Below are positions 51,862 to 64,000 of a DNA stretch of 64,000 bases, in pieces. The stretch lies in NCBI RefSeq assembly GCF_009914755.1, contig NC_060939.1. One strand, written 5' to 3'. Positions within the stretch are counted from its first letter, which is position 1. Each line of letters begins with the position of its first letter. A program made the translations under genes and the position numbers. The notes below the pieces were generated by a model. That model did no database searches. It saw only the letters and a program-made list of their open reading frames with translations, and was not told the origin of the DNA. Source of the DNA: the human T2T-CHM13v2.0 reference genome, Homo sapiens.

Positions 51862-54800
51862 AAATAAAAACTATATAGAAGCATTCCGTAAAACTTCTTT
51901 GTGACGTGTGCATTCGTCTCACAGAGTTGAACCTATCTAATGATTGAGCGGTTTTGAAACACTCATTTTGTAGAACCTGCAAGTGGATATTGGGAGTACT
52001 TTGTGGCCTTCTTTGGAAAAGGGAATATCTTCACATAAAAACTACAAAGAAGCATTCTGAGAAACTTCTTTGTGATGTGTGCATTCATCTCACAGTGTTG
52101 GACGTTTCTTTTGATAGGGCAGTTTTGAAACACTCTTTTTCTAGAATCTGCAAGTGGATATTTGGAGCGCTTTGAGGCCTAATGTGGAAAATCAAATATC
52201 TTCACATAAAAACTACACAGAGGCATTCTGAGAAACTTCTTTTTTGTGTGTGCATTCAACTCACATAGTTGAAGTAATCTTTGGATTTAGCTGTTTTGAA
52301 TCTCCTTTTTGCAGAATCTGCAAGTTGATACTTGGAGCCCTGTTTCACCCTATAGTGGAAAAGCAAATGTCTTCACATAAACAAACCCTACAGAGAAGCA
52401 TTCAGAGAAAGTCCTTTGTGATGTGTGCATTGAACATGCAGAGTTGACACTATCTTTTGATTGTACAGTTTTGAATACGTCTTTTTGTAGAATCTGCAAG
52501 TGGAAGTTTGGAGCTGTTTGCACCCTGTGGTGTAAAAGGAAATATCTTCATATAAAAGCTACACAGAAGCATTCAGAAAGACTTCTTTGTGATGAATGCG
52601 TTCCTCACACAGAGTTGAATCTTCCTTTTTATTGAGTAGTATTGAAACCCTCTTTTTGCAGAATAACCAGGTGGATATTTGGAGAGCTTTGAGGCCTGTT
52701 TTGGAAAAGGAAATATCTTCAAATTAAAACCACACAGAAGCATTCTGAGAAGCTTCTTTGTGATGTGTGCATTCAACTCTCAGAGTTGAACGTGTCTTAT
52801 GATGGAGCAGTTTGGAAACACTCTTTTTGTAGAAACTGCAAGTGGATATGTAGAGCGATTTGAGGCCTACTGTGGAAAAGCAAATATCTTCACATAACAA
52901 CTACACAGAAGCACTCCTAGAAACTTCTTTGTGATGTGTGAATTCAACTCACAGAGCTGACCCTATCTTTTGATGGAGTAGCTTAGAATCTCTCTTTTTT
53001 TAGAATCTGCACGTGGATATTTGGAGCGCTTTGAGACCTAAAGTGGAAAAGCAAATATCTTCACATAAAATCTACATAGAGGCACTCTAAGAAACTTCTT
53101 TTTGATGTGTGCATTCACCTCACAGAGCTGAACCGATCCTTCGAGTGACCAGTTTTGAATCTCTCTTTTTATACAATCTGCAAGTGGATATTTGGAGCCC
53201 TTTGCGGCCTATGGTGGAAAAGGAAATATCTTCAAATAAAAACTACACAGAAGCATTCTGAGTCCCTATTTTGGAAAAGAAAATATCTTCACTTAAACAA
53301 CTACGCAGAAATACTGTGAGAAACTTCTTTGTTATGTGAGCATTCAACTCACAGAGTTGAACCTATCTTTTGATTGAGCAGTTTTGAATCTCTCATTTTG
53401 CAGAATCTGCAAGGGGATATTTGGAGCCCTTTGCGGCCTATGGTGGAAAAGGAAATACCTTCAAATGAAAAGCACACAGAGGCATTCTGAGAAACTTCCT
53501 CGTGATTGTGCATTCAACTCACAGAGTTAAACCTATCTTATGATTGACCAGTTTTGGAACACTCTTTTCATAGGATCTGCAAGTGGATATTTGGCGTGCT
53601 TTGAGGCCTATCGTGGAAAAGCAAATAACTTCAGATAAAAACTATACAGAAGCATTCTGAGAAACTTCTTTGTGATGTGTGCATTGATCTCACAGAGTTG
53701 AAAGTGTATTTTGATTGAGCAGTTTTGAAACACTCTTTTTGTAGAATCTGCAAGTGGATAATTGGGGAGATTTGAGGTATATTGTGGAAAAGCAAGTATC
53801 TTCATATAAAAACTATACAGAAGCTTTCTGAGAAACATCTTTGTGAGGTTTGCATTCAACTCACAGAGCTGGAACTATCTTTTGAGTGACCAGTTTTGAA
53901 TCTCTCTTTTTGTACAATCTGCAAGTGGATATTTGGAGCGTTTTGAGGCCTACATTTGAAAATCAAATATCTTCCCTTAAAAGCTACACAGAAACATTCT
54001 CAGAAATTGTTTGTCATGTGTGCTTTCAAATTACCAAGTTGAACCTACCTTGTGATTGAGCAGTTTTGAATCTCTCTTTTTGTGGAATCTGCAAGTGGAT
54101 ATTTTTAGCCATTTGCGGACTGTGGTGGAAAAGGAATTATCTTCAAATCCATTCTACACAGAAGCATTCAGACAAACTTTTTGTGATGAGTGCATTGGTC
54201 ACACAGAATTGAACCTCTCCTTTGATTGAGCAATTCTGAAACACTCTTTCAGAGGGTCTGCAAGTGGATATTTTAGAGCTTTGGGACAATTGTGGAAAAG
54301 TAAATATCTTCACATAGAAACTACACGGAAGCATTCTGAGAAACTTCTTTGGAGGTGTGCATTCAACTCACAGAGTTGAACCTATCTTTTCATTGAGCAG
54401 TTTTGAATCTCTCTTTTTGTAGACTCTGCTTGCAGATACTTGGAGAGCTTTGAGGCCTATTGTGGAAAAGGAATCATCTTCACATAAAAACACACAGAAG
54501 CACTCTGAGAAACTTCTTTGTGAAGTGTGCATTCAACTCACAGAGTTGAACCTATCTTTTGATTGAGAAGCTTTGAATCTCTCTTTTTGTAGAAGCTGCA
54601 TGTGGATATTTGGAGACGTTTGTGGCCTATGGTAGAAAAGGCAATATCTTCAAATAAAAACTAGACAGAAGCATTTTGAGAAATTTCTCTGTGCTGTGTG
54701 CATTCATATCACATGGTTGAAACTACCTTTTGGTTGAGCAGTTTTGAATCTCTCTTTTTGTAACATCTGCAATGGATATTTGGAGCCCTTTGTGGTCTGT

Positions 54801-57800
54801 GGTGGAAAAGGAACTATCCTCAAATAAAAACTACACAGAAGTATTCCGAGAAACTTCCTTGTGATGTGTGCATTCATCTCACAGGGTTGAACCTTTGGTT
54901 TGATTGAGCAGTTTTGAGACAATCTTTCCATAGAATCTGGAAGTGAATATTTGGAGAACCTTGAGATCTATTTTGGAGAAGGAGATATCTTTATATGAAA
55001 ACTGCACAGAAGCATTCTGAGAAACATCTTTGTGAGGTGTGCAATGAAGTCACAGAGTTGAAACTATGTTTTGATTCAGCAGTTTTGAGTCTCTCTTTTT
55101 GCAGAATCTGCGAGTGGATATCTGGAGAACTTGGAGGCCTATTTGGAAAAGGAAATATCTTCACATATAAACTATGCAGAAGCATTTTGAGATTCTTCTT
55201 TGTGAGGTGTGCATGCAACTCACAGAGTTGAACTTATCTTTTCCTTGAGCACTTTCATATCTCATTTTCTGTAGAATCTGCAAGTGGATATTTGGAGCTC
55301 TTTGCACCCTGTGGTGGAAAGGGAACTATCTTCATATAAAAACTACAAAGAAGCATTCAGAGAAACTTCTTGTGATGAATGCATTCCTCACACAGAGCTG
55401 AACCTTTCTTTTTATGGAGCAGTATTGAAACGCTCTTTTTGCAGAATCACCAAGTGGATATTTGGAGAGCTTTGGGGCCTGTTTTGGAAAATGAAATATC
55501 TTCAAAGTAAAACTACACAGAACCATTCTGAGAAACTTCTTTATGATGTGTGCATTCAACTCTCAGAGTTGAACCTACCTTATGATTGAGCAATTTGGAA
55601 ACACTCTTTTTGTAGAGCCTGCAAGTGGATATTTAGAACGATTTGAGGCCTATTGTGGAAAAGCAAATATCTTCACATAAAAACTACACAGAAGCATTCT
55701 GAGAAACTTCTTTGGCATGTGTGCATTCAACTAACAGTGTTGAACGTATCTTTTGATTGAGCAGCTTAGAATCTCTCTTTTTGTAGAAAATGCAAGTAGA
55801 TATTTGGAGCCCCATTTTGCCCTATGGTAGAAAACAAAACATCTTCACATAAAATCTACACAGAAGCATTCTGAGAAACTTCTTTGTGATGTTTGCATTG
55901 AACTCCCAGAGTCGAACCTATCTTTTGATAGAGCACTTTTGTATCTCTCTTTTTGCGGAATCTGCAAGTGGATATTTGGAAAGCTTGAGGCCTATTGTGA
56001 AAAAGGAAATATCTTCACATAAAAACTACAGAGAAGCATTCTGAGAAACTTCTTTGTGAGGCATGGATTCAACCCACAGAGTTGGACTTGTCATTGAGCA
56101 GTTTTGAATCTCTCTTTTTGTCGAATCTGCAAGTGGATATTTGGAGCCCTTTGCAACCTAGGGTGGAAAAGGAAATACCTTCAAATAAAAACTATATAGA
56201 AGCATTCCGTAAAACTTCTTTGTGACGTGTGCATTCGTCTCACAGAGTTGAACCTATCTAATGATTGAGCGGTTTTGAAACACTCATTTTGTAGAACCTG
56301 CAAGTGGATATTGGGAGTACTTTGTGGCCTTCTTTGGAAAAGGGAATATCTTCACATAAAAACTACAAAGAAGCATTCTGAGAAACTTCTTTGTGATGTG
56401 TGCATTCATCTCACAGTGTTGGACGTTTCTTTTGATAGGGCAGTTTTGAAACACTCTTTTTCTAGAATCTGCAAGTGGATATTTGGAGCGCTTTGAGGCC
56501 TAATGTGGAAAATCAAATATCTTCACATAAAAACTACACAGAGGCATTCTGAGAAACTTCTTTTTTGTGTGTGCATTCAACTCACATAGTTGAAGTAATC
56601 TTTGGATTTAGCTGTTTTGAATCTCCTTTTTGCAGAATCTGCAAGTTGATACTTGGAGCCCTGTTTCACCCTATAGTGGAAAAGCAAATGTCTTCACATA
56701 AACAAACCCTACAGAGAAGCATTCAGAGAAAGTCCTTTGTGATGTGTGCATTGAACATGCAGAGTTGACACTATCTTTTGATTGTACAGTTTTGAATACG
56801 TCTTTTTGTAGAATCTGCAAGTGGAAGTTTGGAGCTGTTTGCACCCTGTGGTGTAAAAGGAAATATCTTCATATAAAAGCTACACAGAAGCATTCAGAAA
56901 GACTTCTTTGTGATGAATGCGTTCCTCACACAGAGTTGAATCTTCCTTTTTATTGAGTAGTATTGAAACCCTCTTTTTGCAGAATAACCAGGTGGATATT
57001 TGGAGAGCTTTGAGGCCTGTTTTGGAAAAGGAAATATCTTCAAATTAAAACCACACAGAAGCATTCTGAGAAGCTTCTTTGTGATGTGTGCATTCAACTC
57101 TCAGAGTTGAACGTGTCTTATGATGGAGCAGTTTGGAAACACTCTTTTTGTAGAAACTGCAAGTGGATATGTAGAGCGATTTGAGGCCTACTGTGGAAAA
57201 GCAAATATCTTCACATAACAACTACACAGAAGCACTCCTAGAAACTTCTTTGTGATGTGTGAATTCAACTCACAGAGCTGACCCTATCTTTTGATGGAGT
57301 AGCTTAGAATCTCTCTTTTTTTAGAATCTGCACGTGGATATTTGGAGCGCTTTGAGACCTAAAGTGGAAAAGCAAATATCTTCACATAAAATCTACATAG
57401 AGGCACTCTAAGAAACTTCTTTTTGATGTGTGCATTCACCTCACAGAGCTGAACCGATCCTTCGAGTGACCAGTTTTGAATCTCTCTTTTTATACAATCT
57501 GCAAGTGGATATTTGGAGCCCTTTGCGGCCTATGGTGGAAAAGGAAATATCTTCAAATAAAAACTACACAGAAGCATTCTGAGTCCCTATTTTGGAAAAG
57601 AAAATATCTTCACTTAAACAACTACGCAGAAATACTGTGAGAAACTTCTTTGTTATGTGAGCATTCAACTCACAGAGTTGAACCTATCTTTTGATTGAGC
57701 AGTTTTGAATCTCTCATTTTGCAGAATCTGCAAGGGGATATTTGGAGCCCTTTGCGGCCTATGGTGGAAAAGGAAATACCTTCAAATGAAAAGCACACAG

Positions 57801-60800
57801 AGGCATTCTGAGAAACTTCCTCGTGATTGTGCATTCAACTCACAGAGTTAAACCTATCTTATGATTGACCAGTTTTGGAACACTCTTTTCATAGGATCTG
57901 CAAGTGGATATTTGGCGTGCTTTGAGGCCTATCGTGGAAAAGCAAATAACTTCAGATAAAAACTATACAGAAGCATTCTGAGAAACTTCTTTGTGATGTG
58001 TGCATTGATCTCACAGAGTTGAAAGTGTATTTTGATTGAGCAGTTTTGAAACACTCTTTTTGTAGAATCTGCAAGTGGATAATTGGGGAGATTTGAGGTA
58101 TATTGTGGAAAAGCAAGTATCTTCATATAAAAACTATACAGAAGCTTTCTGAGAAACATCTTTGTGAGGTTTGCATTCAACTCACAGAGCTGGAACTATC
58201 TTTTGAGTGACCAGTTTTGAATCTCTCTTTTTGTACAATCTGCAAGTGGATATTTGGAGCGTTTTGAGGCCTACATTTGAAAATCAAATATCTTCCCTTA
58301 AAAGCTACACAGAAACATTCTCAGAAATTGTTTGTCATGTGTGCTTTCAAATTACCAAGTTGAACCTACCTTGTGATTGAGCAGTTTTGAATCTCTCTTT
58401 TTGTGGAATCTGCAAGTGGATATTTTTAGCCATTTGCGGACTGTGGTGGAAAAGGAATTATCTTCAAATCCATTCTACACAGAAGCATTCAGACAAACTT
58501 TTTGTGATGAGTGCATTGGTCACACAGAATTGAACCTCTCCTTTGATTGAGCAATTCTGAAACACTCTTTCAGAGGGTCTGCAAGTGGATATTTTAGAGC
58601 TTTGGGACAATTGTGGAAAAGTAAATATCTTCACATAGAAACTACACGGAAGCATTCTGAGAAACTTCTTTGGAGGTGTGCATTCAACTCACAGAGTTGA
58701 ACCTATCTTTTCATTGAGCAGTTTTGAATCTCTCTTTTTGTAGACTCTGCTTGCAGATACTTGGAGAGCTTTGAGGCCTATTGTGGAAAAGGAATCATCT
58801 TCACATAAAAACACACAGAAGCACTCTGAGAAACTTCTTTGTGAAGTGTGCATTCAACTCACAGAGTTGAACCTATCTTTTGATTGAGAAGCTTTGAATC
58901 TCTCTTTTTGTAGAAGCTGCATGTGGATATTTGGAGACGTTTGTGGCCTATGGTAGAAAAGGCAATATCTTCAAATAAAAACTAGACAGAAGCATTTTGA
59001 GAAATTTCTCTGTGCTGTGTGCATTCATATCACATGGTTGAAACTACCTTTTGGTTGAGCAGTTTTGAATCTCTCTTTTTGTAACATCTGCAATGGATAT
59101 TTGGAGCCCTTTGTGGTCTGTGGTGGAAAAGGAACTATCCTCAAATAAAAACTACACAGAAGTATTCCGAGAAACTTCCTTGTGATGTGTGCATTCATCT
59201 CACAGGGTTGAGCCTTTGGTTTGATTGAGCAGTTTTGAGACAATCTTTCCATAGAATCTGGAAGTGAATATTTGGAGAACCTTGAGATCTATTTTGGAGA
59301 AGGAGATATCTTTATATGAAAACTGCACAGAAGCATTCTGAGAAACATCTTTGTGAGGTGTGCAATGAAGTCACAGAGTTGAAACTATGTTTTGATTCAG
59401 CAGTTTTGAGTCTCTCTTTTTGCAGAATCTGCGAGTGGATATCTGGAGAACTTGGAGGCCTATTTGGAAAAGGAAATATCTTCACATATAAACTATGCAG
59501 AAGCATTTTGAGATTCTTCTTTGTGAGGTGTGCATGCAACTCACAGAGTTGAACTTATCTTTTCCTTGAGCACTTTCATATCTCATTTTCTGTAGAATCT
59601 GCAAGTGGATATTTGGAGCTCTTTGCACCCTGTGGTGGAAAGGGAACTATCTTCATATAAAAACTACAAAGAAGCATTCAGAGAAACTTCTTGTGATGAA
59701 TGCATTCCTCACACAGAGCTGAACCTTTCTTTTTATGGAGCAGTATTGAAACGCTCTTTTTGCAGAATCACCAAGTGGATATTTGGAGAGCTTTGGGGCC
59801 TGTTTTGGAAAATGAAATATCTTCAAAGTAAAACTACACAGAACCATTCTGAGAAACTTCTTTATGATGTGTGCATTCAACTCTCAGAGTTGAACCTACC
59901 TTATGATTGAGCAATTTGGAAACACTCTTTTTGTAGAGCCTGCAAGTGGATATTTAGAACGATTTGAGGCCTATTGTGGAAAAGCAAATATCTTCACATA
60001 AAAACTACACAGAAGCATTCTGAGAAACTTCTTTGGCATGTGTGCATTCAACTAACAGTGTTGAACGTATCTTTTGATTGAGCAGCTTAGAATCTCTCTT
60101 TTTGTAGAAAATGCAAGTAGATATTTGGAGCCCCATTTTGCCCTATGGTAGAAAACAAAACATCTTCACATAAAATCTACACAGAAGCATTCTGAGAAAC
60201 TTCTTTGTGATGTTTGCATTGAACTCCCAGAGTCGAACCTATCTTTTGATAGAGCACTTTTGTATCTCTCTTTTTGCGGAATCTGCAAGTGGATATTTGG
60301 AAAGCTTGAGGCCTATTGTGAAAAAGGAAATATCTTCACATAAAAACTACAGAGAAGCATTCTGAGAAACTTCTTTGTGAGGCATGGATTCAACCCACAG
60401 AGTTGGACTTGTCATTGAGCAGTTTTGAATCTCTCTTTTTGTCGAATCTGCAAGTGGATATTTGGAGCCCTTTGCAACCTAGGGTGGAAAAGGAAATACC
60501 TTCAAATAAAAACTATATAGAAGCATTCCGTAAAACTTCTTTGTGACGTGTGCATTCGTCTCACAGAGTTGAACCTATCTAATGATTGAGCGGTTTTGAA
60601 ACACTCATTTTGTAGAACCTGCAAGTGGATATTGGGAGTACTTTGTGGCCTTCTTTGGAAAAGGGAATATCTTCACATAAAAATTACAAAGAAGCATTCT
60701 GAGAAACTTCTTTGTGATGTGTGCATTCATCTCACAGTGTTGGACGTTTCTTTTGATAGGGCAGTTTTGAAACACTCTTTTTCTAGAATCTGCAAGTGGA

Positions 60801-63800
60801 TATTTGGAGCGCTTTGAGGCCTAATGTGGAAAATCAAATATCTTCACATAAAAACTACACAGAGGCATTCTGAGAAACTTCTTTTTTGTGTGTGCATTCA
60901 ACTCACATAGTTGAAGTAATCTTTGGATTTAGCTGTTTTGAATCTCCTTTTTGCAGAATCTGCAAGTTGATACTTGGAGCCCTGTTTCACCCTATAGTGG
61001 AAAAGCAAATGTCTTCACATAAACAAACCCTACAGAGAAGCATTCAGAGAAAGTCCTTTGTGATGTGTGCATTGAACATGCAGAGTTGACACTATCTTTT
61101 GATTGTACAGTTTTGAATACGTCTTTTTGTAGAATCTGCAAGTGGAAGTTTGGAGCTGTTTGCACCCTGTGGTGTAAAAGGAAATATCTTCATATAAAAG
61201 CTACACAGAAGCATTCAGAAAGACTTCTTTGTGATGAATGCGTTCCTCACACAGAGTTGAATCTTCCTTTTTATTGAGTAGTATTGAAACCCTCTTTTTG
61301 CAGAATAACCAGGTGGATATTTGGAGAGCTTTGAGGCCTGTTTTGGAAAAGGAAATATCTTCAAATTAAAACCACACAGAAGCATTCTGAGAAGCTTCTT
61401 TGTGATGTGTGCATTCAACTCTCAGAGTTGAACGTGTCTTATGATGGAGCAGTTTGGAAACACTCTTTTTGTAGAAACTGCAAGTGGATATGTAGAGCGA
61501 TTTGAGGCCTACTGTGGAAAAGCAAATATCTTCACATAACAACTACACAGAAGCACTCCTAGAAACTTCTTTGTGATGTGTGAATTCAACTCACAGAGCT
61601 GAACCTATCTTTTGATGGAGTAGCTTAGAATCTCTCTTTTTTTAGAATCTGCACGTGGATATTTGGAGCGCTTTGAGACCTAAAGTGGAAAAGCAAATAT
61701 CTTCACATAAAATCTACATAGAGGCACTCTAAGAAACTTCTTTTTGATGTGTGCATTCACCTCACAGAGCTGAACCGATCCTTCGAGTGACCAGTTTTGA
61801 ATCTCTCTTTTTATACAATCTGCAAGTGGATATTTGGAGCCCTTTGCGGCCTATGGTGGAAAAGGAAATATCTTCAAATAAAAACTACACAGAAGCATTC
61901 TGAGTCCCTATTTTGGAAAAGAAAATATCTTCACTTAAACAACTACGCAGAAATACTGTGAGAAACTTCTTTGTTATGTGAGCATTCAACTCACAGAGTT
62001 GAACCTATCTTTTGATTGAGCAGTTTTGAATCTCTCATTTTGCAGAATCTGCAAGGGGATATTTGGAGCCCTTTGCGGCCTATGGTGGAAAAGGAAATAC
62101 CTTCAAATGAAAAGCACACAGAGGCATTCTGAGAAACTTCCTCGTGATTGTGCATTCAACTCACAGAGTTAAACCTATCTTATGATTGACCAGTTTTGGA
62201 ACACTCTTTTCATAGGATCTGCAAGTGGATATTTGGCGTGCTTTGAGGCCTATCGTGGAAAAGCAAATAACTTCAGATAAAAACTATACAGAAGCATTCT
62301 GAGAAACTTCTTTGTGATGTGTGCATTGATCTCACAGAGTTGAAAGTGTATTTTGATTGAGCAGTTTTGAAACACTCTTTTTGTAGAATCTGCAAGTGGA
62401 TAATTGGGGAGATTTGAGGTATATTGTGGAAAAGCAAGTATCTTCATATAAAAACTATACAGAAGCTTTCTGAGAAACATCTTTGTGAGGTTTGCATTCA
62501 ACTCACAGAGCTGGAACTATCTTTTGAGTGACCAGTTTTGAATCTCTCTTTTTGTACAATCTGCAAGTGGATATTTGGAGCGTTTTGAGGCCTACATTTG
62601 AAAATCAAATATCTTCCCTTAAAAGCTACACAGAAACATTCTCAGAAATTGTTTGTCATGTGTGCTTTCAAATTACCAAGTTGAACCTACCTTGTGATTG
62701 AGCAGTTTTGAATCTCTCTTTTTGTGGAATCTGCAAGTGGATATTTTTAGCCATTTGCGGACTGTGGTGGAAAAGGAATTATCTTCAAATCCATTCTACA
62801 CAGAAGCATTCAGACAAACTTTTTGTGATGAGTGCATTGGTCACACAGAATTGAACCTCTCCTTTGATTGAGCAATTCTGAAACACTCTTTCAGAGGGTC
62901 TGCAAGTGGATATTTTAGAGCTTTGGGACAATTGTGGAAAAGTAAATATCTTCACATAGAAACTACACGGAAGCATTCTGAGAAACTTCTTTGGAGGTGT
63001 GCATTCAACTCACAGAGTTGAACCTATCTTTTCATTGAGCAGTTTTGAATCTCTCTTTTTGTAGACTCTGCTTGCAGATACTTGGAGAGCTTTGAGGCCT
63101 ATTGTGGAAAAGGAATCATCTTCACATAAAAACACACAGAAGCACTCTGAGAAACTTCTTTGTGAAGTGTGCATTCAACTCACAGAGTTGAACCTATCTT
63201 TTGATTGAGAAGCTTTGAATCTCTCTTTTTGTAGAAGCTGCATGTGGATATTTGGAGACGTTTGTGGCCTATGGTAGAAAAGGCAATATCTTCAAATAAA
63301 AACTAGACAGAAGCATTTTGAGAAATTTCTCTGTGCTGTGTGCATTCATATCACATGGTTGAAACTACCTTTTGGTTGAGCAGTTTTGAATCTCTCTTTT
63401 TGTAACATCTGCAATGGATATTTGGAGCCCTTTGTGGTCTGTGGTGGAAAAGGAACTATCCTCAAATAAAAACTACACAGAAGTATTCCGAGAAACTTCC
63501 TTGTGATGTGTGCATTCATCTCACAGGGTTGAGCCTTTGGTTTGATTGAGCAGTTTTGAGACAATCTTTCCATAGAATCTGGAAGTGAATATTTGGAGAA
63601 CCTTGAGATCTATTTTGGAGAAGGAGATATCTTTATATGAAAACTGCACAGAAGCATTCTGAGAAACATCTTTGTGAGGTGTGCAATGAAGTCACAGAGT
63701 TGAAACTATGTTTTGATTCAGCAGTTTTGAGTCTCTCTTTTTGCAGAATCTGCGAGTGGATATCTGGAGAACTTGGAGGCCTATTTGGAAAAGGAAATAT

Positions 63801-64000
63801 CTTCACATATAAACTATGCAGAAGCATTTTGAGATTCTTCTTTGTGAGGTGTGCATGCAACTCACAGAGTTGAACTTATCTTTTCCTTGAGCACTTTCAT
63901 ATCTCATTTTCTGTAGAATCTGCAAGTGGATATTTGGAGCTCTTTGCACCCTGTGGTGGAAAGGGAACTATCTTCATATAAAAACTACAAAGAAGCATTC
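51862..64000 (+). repeat. HOR copies 13, 14 (4321 bp) and partial copy 15 (4321-type, cut by window end)
   Basis: All have AAAAGGAAAT, GTTGAAC and the T5 run; copies start at 51862, 56183 and 60504. Confidence 0.9.

Larger units (their letters stand above)
1..64000 (+). repeat. Alpha-satellite higher-order repeat array, ~4322-bp unit (25 full monomers + one 58-bp partial monomer), ~14.8 tandem copies, continuing beyond both window edges
   Basis: Alphoid consensus motifs (CATTCTGAGAAACTTCTTTGTGATGTGTGCATTCAACTCACAGAGTTGAAC; AGAATCTGCAAGTGGATATTTGG) recur every ~171 bp. An identical ORF pattern recurs at 93, 4415, 8737, 13059, 17380, 21702, 26023, 30345, 34666, 38988, 43310, 47632, 51954, 56275 and 60596 (spacing 4322 or 4321). 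Confidence 0.99.

Noticed and set aside
93-63873. About 200 short ORFs (61-101 aa) on both strands
   Set aside because: They are chance translations of alpha-satellite monomers repeated with the HOR period. There are no recognisable domains, they overlap on opposite strands, and their presence depends on a 1-bp T-run indel.
1-64000. CRISPR-like repeat-spacer appearance
   Set aside because: Intervening sequences are homologous monomer bodies, not unique spacers; there are no cas genes, and the sequence is primate satellite.
1-64000. Transposon insertions, inversions, or monomer-scale HOR structural variants
   Set aside because: Unit spacing is always 4321-4322 bp with constant orientation, leaving no room for such events.
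1-64000. AATAAA and TATA-like motifs as polyA signals or promoters
   Set aside because: They are intrinsic to the AT-rich monomer tract (CAAATAAAAACTA), with no supporting gene context.

Overview
The entire 64 kb window is one uninterrupted, head-to-tail primate alpha-satellite higher-order repeat (HOR) array in the standard consensus orientation. The HOR unit is 4321-4322 bp and is present in about 14.8 copies. It comprises 25 divergent ~171-bp monomers plus one 58-bp internally deleted monomer (26 units). By eye, copies differ only at a handful of SNVs and a 1-bp T-run indel. I found no canonical CENP-B box; monomers carry A-box/pJalpha-type sequence, consistent with an SF4-like, probably inactive (non-kinetochore) HOR. 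Human chr15 25/26-mer is a tentative, unverified candidate. There are no credible genes, RNA genes or transposon insertions, and all ORFs are repeat artefacts. I see no new gene-based biological system. The interesting signal is evolutionary: a fixed microhomology-type deletion, fossil duplications inside the HOR, an 8643-bp HOR-dimer superstructure, and mosaic HOR haplotypes. All comparisons were made by eye, so rare variants may have been missed.
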